64,000 bases of DNA, taken from positions 23,560,001-23,624,000 of the forward strand of contig JBNRSN020000032.1 in NCBI GenBank assembly GCA_051313645.2. Reading direction: 5' to 3'. Below the pieces are notes generated by a model that had not been told where the DNA came from, made no database searches, and was given only the letters and a program-made list of their open reading frames with translations. Position numbers and translations under genes: made by a program. Shown here in pieces: positions 59,717-64,000 of this stretch. Position 1 is the stretch's first letter. Every line of letters starts with the position of its first letter. The stretch is from Centroscyllium fabricii (Eukaryota).

Positions 59717-60639
59717 ACTCTGTCACTATTCCTCCCGGACGGATTCTGGGGGGAGCTGTGTGGCGGCACGCCCACTGAGACATCGAATCCGCCACGGGGA
59801 CTCCACGGAGCAAAGCCCCGCTCATCCGGGCGACGCGACGATGTCACCATGTCGGCCGACGCGATGACGTCACCAACCGCGGGACTGTTTAAATACGCTT
59901 GTTGCGAGTGGTTCACTCTCTTTCTTGTTTTACTTAGTGTAATAAAGCTGTGTTTTCTCTAGCTCTGGCTCACGTGTGGTTCCTAGGCCTGCCGGCGCTA
60001 CAATAGGTCTGAATTATTTCCAATGAAAAATAAAAATATCTAGCGATAAGAAGAATGTTGCTGATTAGCATTGTTTTTTGAACAATAAATTTTAAAGATG
60101 AACATTTAATAATCAATACTGTGATACCTGAATTCAGTGAATAAACAGAAGGGATAAAAGAGATTACTTTGCTTTAAGACAGACATTTATGAAAGAAAAC
60201 TGCAAGACTGCACAAGCCCTTTCTTCAGGTGTAAATGAGACAGATAGTATTCCTGGCTAGTTTGAACATCAATTGTGTAATGCCACTGTACTGGGAAAAT
60301 GAAACAGTTATGGACGTCTGTCTAAATAGAGTCCTTTTTCATTTATAGTTGAGGAAAGACATATGTGATCTTGAAAGCTTTTTGTCTAATGGGATGTAGC
60401 TGTTAGTCTGGTGAAAGGTAATTATTTTATGGATATTTCAAATATTTCTTCCGTAAAAAAATTGCTAACAATCAGACTTGGATAAAAGTATAGCTTTACT
60501 GATACTGAATAAGCAGTACAGTAAAAGCACTAGACTATAATATTATTATATAATATTTACAGCAAAGAAACAGGACATTTGGCCCAACAGGTTCATGCTG
60601 GTGTTAATGCTCCACATGAGCTTTTTTTTTTATCCATTG

Positions 60640-62448
60640 ATGGGATGTGGGCGTCGCTGTCTGGCTAGGCCTGCATTTAGTGCCCATCCCTAATTGCCCT
60701 TGAGAATCATAGAATCATAGAATCATAGAAACTTTACAGTGCGGATAAAGGCCATTCGGCCCATCCAGTCCGCACCGGCCCAGGAAACTCCTCACTATAC
60801 TAACCCCATTTGCCCGCACCTGGCCCATAACCCTGTATGTTACGGTCCTTCATGTGCTGGTCCAAATATTTTTTAAATGTTGCGATGGTTTCTGCCTCCA
60901 CCACCCTTACAGGCAGGGAGTTCAACACTTCCACCACCCTCTGAGTAAAGAAATTTTTCCTTACCTCCCCCCTAAACCTGCCCCCCCTAATCTTGAATCT
61001 ATGTCCCCTAGTACTTGACTCTCCCACCAAGGGAAACAATGCCCCTTTATCCACCCTATCGTGTCCTCTCATGATCCTGTACACTTCAATCATGTCACCC
61101 CTCAATCTTCTCTTCTCCAAGGCAAACAACCCCAGCCTGTCCTGCCTTTCCTCGTAGCATAAGTCCCCCAGACCAGGTATCATCCTGGTAAACCTTCTCT
61201 GCACCCTCTCCAGGGCAACCACATCCTTCCTGAAGTGCGGTGACCAGAACTGCACACAGTACTCCAGCTGAGGTCTCACCAGCGTGTTATACAAGTTTAA
61301 CATTACCTCCCTACTTTTGTATACTATACCCTGGTTAATAAAGGCCAGAATTCCGTATGCCTTCTTAACCACCTTGTTTACATGTCCAGCAACCTTCAGG
61401 GAGCTGTGCACCTGTACCCCAAGGTCCCTCTGTTCCTCGGTCCTACCTAACGTTTTTTTGTTCATGGTATATTCCCTTACCCCATTTGGTCTGCCGAATT
61501 GTATGACCTCGCATTTCTCTGGGTTGAACTCCATTTGCCATTTTTCTGCCCAACTAACCATTACATTTATATCTTCCTGGAGCCTTTTACTATCTTCATC
61601 GTTATTTACCACCCTTCCAATTTTCGTATCATCAGCAAATTTGCTGATCGTACCCCCTACTCCCATGTCCAAATCATTGATGTATATTAGAAACAGTAAG
61701 GGTCCCAAAACCGATCCTTGGGGGACACCACTGGTTACTGGTTTCCAGTCACAGAAGCAGCCCTCTACCATTACCCTTTGTCTCCTATCCCCCAGCCAAT
61801 TTTGAATCCACTGTGCCAAGTTGCCCTGTATCCCATGTGCTTTAACCTTTGTTATTAGTCTCCTATGTGGGACTTTATCAAAAGCCTTGCTGAAGTCCAT
61901 ATACACCACGTCAACAGTACTCCCTTCATCCACCCTCTTTGTTACCTCTTCAAAGAATTCCAACAGATTAGTTAGGCACGACTTACCTTTGACGAAGCCA
62001 TGTTGACTATCCCTTATCAGACCCTGCTTTTCCAAATGCAGACTGATTTTGTCCCTCAGAATTTTTTCCATTACTTTCCCCACTACAGATGTAAGACTGA
62101 TTGGCCTATAGTTACCCGGTTTGTCCCTACTACCCTTTTTAAACAGGGGTACTACATTAGCCGTTCTCCAGTCCTCAGGTACATCCCCTGACACGAGAGA
62201 GGACCTGAAGTGGTGAGCCACCTTCTTGAACCACTGCAGTCCATATGGTGTAGGTACACCCACAATGTTGCTAGGAAGGGAGCTCCAGGATTTTGGCCCA
62301 GCGACAGTGAAGGAGCGGCGATACAGGTCCAAGTCAGGATGGTGTGTGGCTTGGAGGGGAACTTGTAGGTGGTGCTGTTCCCATGTGTCTGCTGCCCTTG
62401 TCCTTCTAAGTGGTAGAGGTCGTGGGTTTGGAAGGTGCTGTTGAAGGA
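60640..62448 (-). mobile_element. L2/Crack-like LINE 3' fragment in two parts (60640-60705 and 62206-62448)
   Basis: Same family as 41275-41600; split by a CR1. Confidence 0.7.
60704..62205 (-). mobile_element. 5'-truncated CR1 with an open RT/C-terminal frame
   Basis: VPEDWRTANVVPLFKKG through GYGPGAGKWG uninterrupted, FADD; (TTCTATGA)n tail. Confidence 0.93.
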
Positions 62449-62494
62449 CAGCATCGGTCCTTCTATCTGTCTTCATCTAATCCCAACATATCCT

Positions 62495-62650
62495 CCTATT
62501 CCTTTCCCCATCGTGTGTTTATCTAGCTTCCACTTAAATGCATCTGCGCTAGGCGCCTCAATTATGCCCTGTGTTAGTAGGTTCCACATTCTCACCACTC
62601 TCTGGGTAAATAATTTTGCCCTGAATTTCCTATTGGATTTATTAGTGACT
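62495..62650 (-). mobile_element. Old CR1 3' fragment
   Basis: FTQRVVRMWNLL...AFKWKLDKH. Confidence 0.7.
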
Positions 62651-63110
62651 GGCCCAAAAATTAGGGTGACCGCGGGCCATTTTGGAGCCGGGTACTCACG
62701 CACACTTTCTGCGAATTGCAGGTAGCAGCCATTTCCTGGTGCTACCTGCAATTTCGCTGACGGCCACCAGGGGATCGCGAGCTGCAGCCAGCTGAAGCGC
62801 GTTCGTCTGCGCAGTGGAATTCCGATTTTTTTCAGAGTTTTTTATCAGGGTAAGTATTGAAGATTTTACGCTGAAAAATATCAGCTGTAATGACCTCTTT
62901 TTATCAGGTAAGTGTTTTATTTTATAGAATTTCCGTTTTTTTTTAACAGGGTTTTACTTTTTTTAATCTTTAAAGACAGGTAACTATATTTTTAGGCCAG
63001 TTAAAAACTTTAATTTTTTTTTCTAAATTTAAATTTTTTCTTTAAAATAGGTAATTTATGTTAGTTAGAGTATTGTTAAAAGATGTGGGGCCAGAAATTG
63101 CAGGTCAACC
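62650..63110. mobile_element. Harbinger-type MITE-like fragments
   Basis: TGGCCCAAAAATT at 62650 and GGGCCAGAAATTGC at ~63088 (cf. position 2); AT-rich core. Confidence 0.45.
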
Positions 63111-63116
63111 ACACCT

Positions 63117-63282
63117 GTAACTCCTCCCCTCAGGTGAGTGCCTTATAGGTGGGGTCTGACCTGCCCCCATTCATTCTGTACCTGATGTTCGATCGGAGTG
63201 TAGCTCCTTTGTATGCTAATAAAAGCCTTTAGTTAAGGTAACTACGCGTCTTTAGTTTTATTAGAATATTGACGATACGTCA
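63117..63282 (+). repeat. Partial LTR of the 15931-21235 family
   Basis: Near-identical reverse complement of ~15931-16095; ends TTGACGATACGTCA with no internal leader after it. Confidence 0.9.
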
Positions 63283-64000
63283 GTGAGTTGCAGTGAATGG
63301 TGAGACATAATGGTACCCCCTGCAGTGGTGTTGAGTGTGAAAGGAATGGTGTGAACATTGTAGGGATGCCTTATGGTGTTGGTGTGGGGTGGTGACAACC
63401 TGGCATATCATGTGGCAACCAGGGTGTACAGTGTCAAGTGAAGTAAATCTGGCTCTGCTGAGACCATCCCAGGCCTCCTGGGCAGCAGTGTGCTCGGGTG
63501 CTGATGCCCTCTGTCCTGTGCAGCATCAGGTGATTGAGGAGAGGTTGCTGGTGTTGTTGGTGCTGCTGGTGTGTCTGGTGTTGCTGGTGTTGGGGCTGAA
63601 CGCGGTTGGATTCTGAGGACCAAGGCAAGACAGTGTAAAGGGCACCCATGTTGATGGAATAGATGGCAGGTGAAATACAGATGACAGAAGCATCCTGTCA
63701 ATAGTGAGAGAGGTTTTTACAATGAGGTGACACTGTTTGCTCCAAATACTTGCAGCCTGCATAAAGCTCAATCTGTCTTCCAAATGGAGTAAGCACCAAC
63801 TTCTGTGCTTGGAAAGTGAACAGCCAAGAGGTGGGAGCTTTTATAGTACATTTCAAGCTATCAAGTAACCAGCTGATTCAATGGCCATTCAAGTCCCACC
63901 TCAGATTCACTGACGTGATTCCTGAGCAGCGAGGGCCCTGTGGGTGAGCAGTTAAAGTGAAAAGGTAAGATTAAAAGAATTACTAAGGGTCTCTTAACAA
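63283..64000 (-). mobile_element. Possible Harbinger transposase 5' region remnant
   Basis: Gln-rich low-complexity peptide after MGAL; general resemblance to 8640-8900; weak. Confidence 0.3.

Larger units (their letters stand above)
55559..60002 (+). mobile_element. Ty3/Gypsy element, CsRN1/Kabuki/Boudicca-like, full-length
   Basis: 244-bp LTRs 55559-55802 and 59759-60002 (three CpG-type differences); 4-bp TSD ATAG; tRNA-Trp PBS; PPT GGGGGGAG; Cx2Hx9Cx3C Gag motif. Confidence 0.95.

Noticed and set aside
60800-62476. 558-aa chimeric ORF as a novel fusion gene
   Set aside because: The first ~90 aa are chance read-through from a different LINE fragment into a truncated CR1

Overview
Vertebrate nuclear DNA made almost entirely of nested transposable elements. 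The HE1/V-SINE plus many CR1 LINEs with (TTCTATGT)n-type tails suggest a cartilaginous fish such as a shark (inference). No host gene could be identified with confidence. Contents: decayed PIF/Harbinger transposons and MITE-like derivatives; L2, Rex1/Babar, Vingi/Ingi and several CR1 LINEs (one essentially full-length with an esterase ORF1); Penelope fragments, one with a minimal hammerhead ribozyme; two solo LTRs; and at least seven Ty3/Gypsy elements. The main observation concerns four divergent Gypsy elements (15931-21235, 33794-34990, 36444-38964, 50195-54906) that have no tRNA primer-binding site. In each, the 12-14 nt starting 1 nt after the 5' LTR are the exact reverse complement of that element's own LTR poly(A)-signal segment, and the two sides co-vary across the four lineages, suggesting tRNA-independent self-priming or poly(A)-site occlusion. 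The lineage also shows a YLDN RT motif, LTR-terminal hairpins and tandem YY1 motifs inside the gag-protease linker. Two other Gypsy elements in the window carry ordinary tRNA-Trp and tRNA-Ser type PBSs and serve as internal controls. Coordinates were read by eye; boundaries of decayed elements are approximate.
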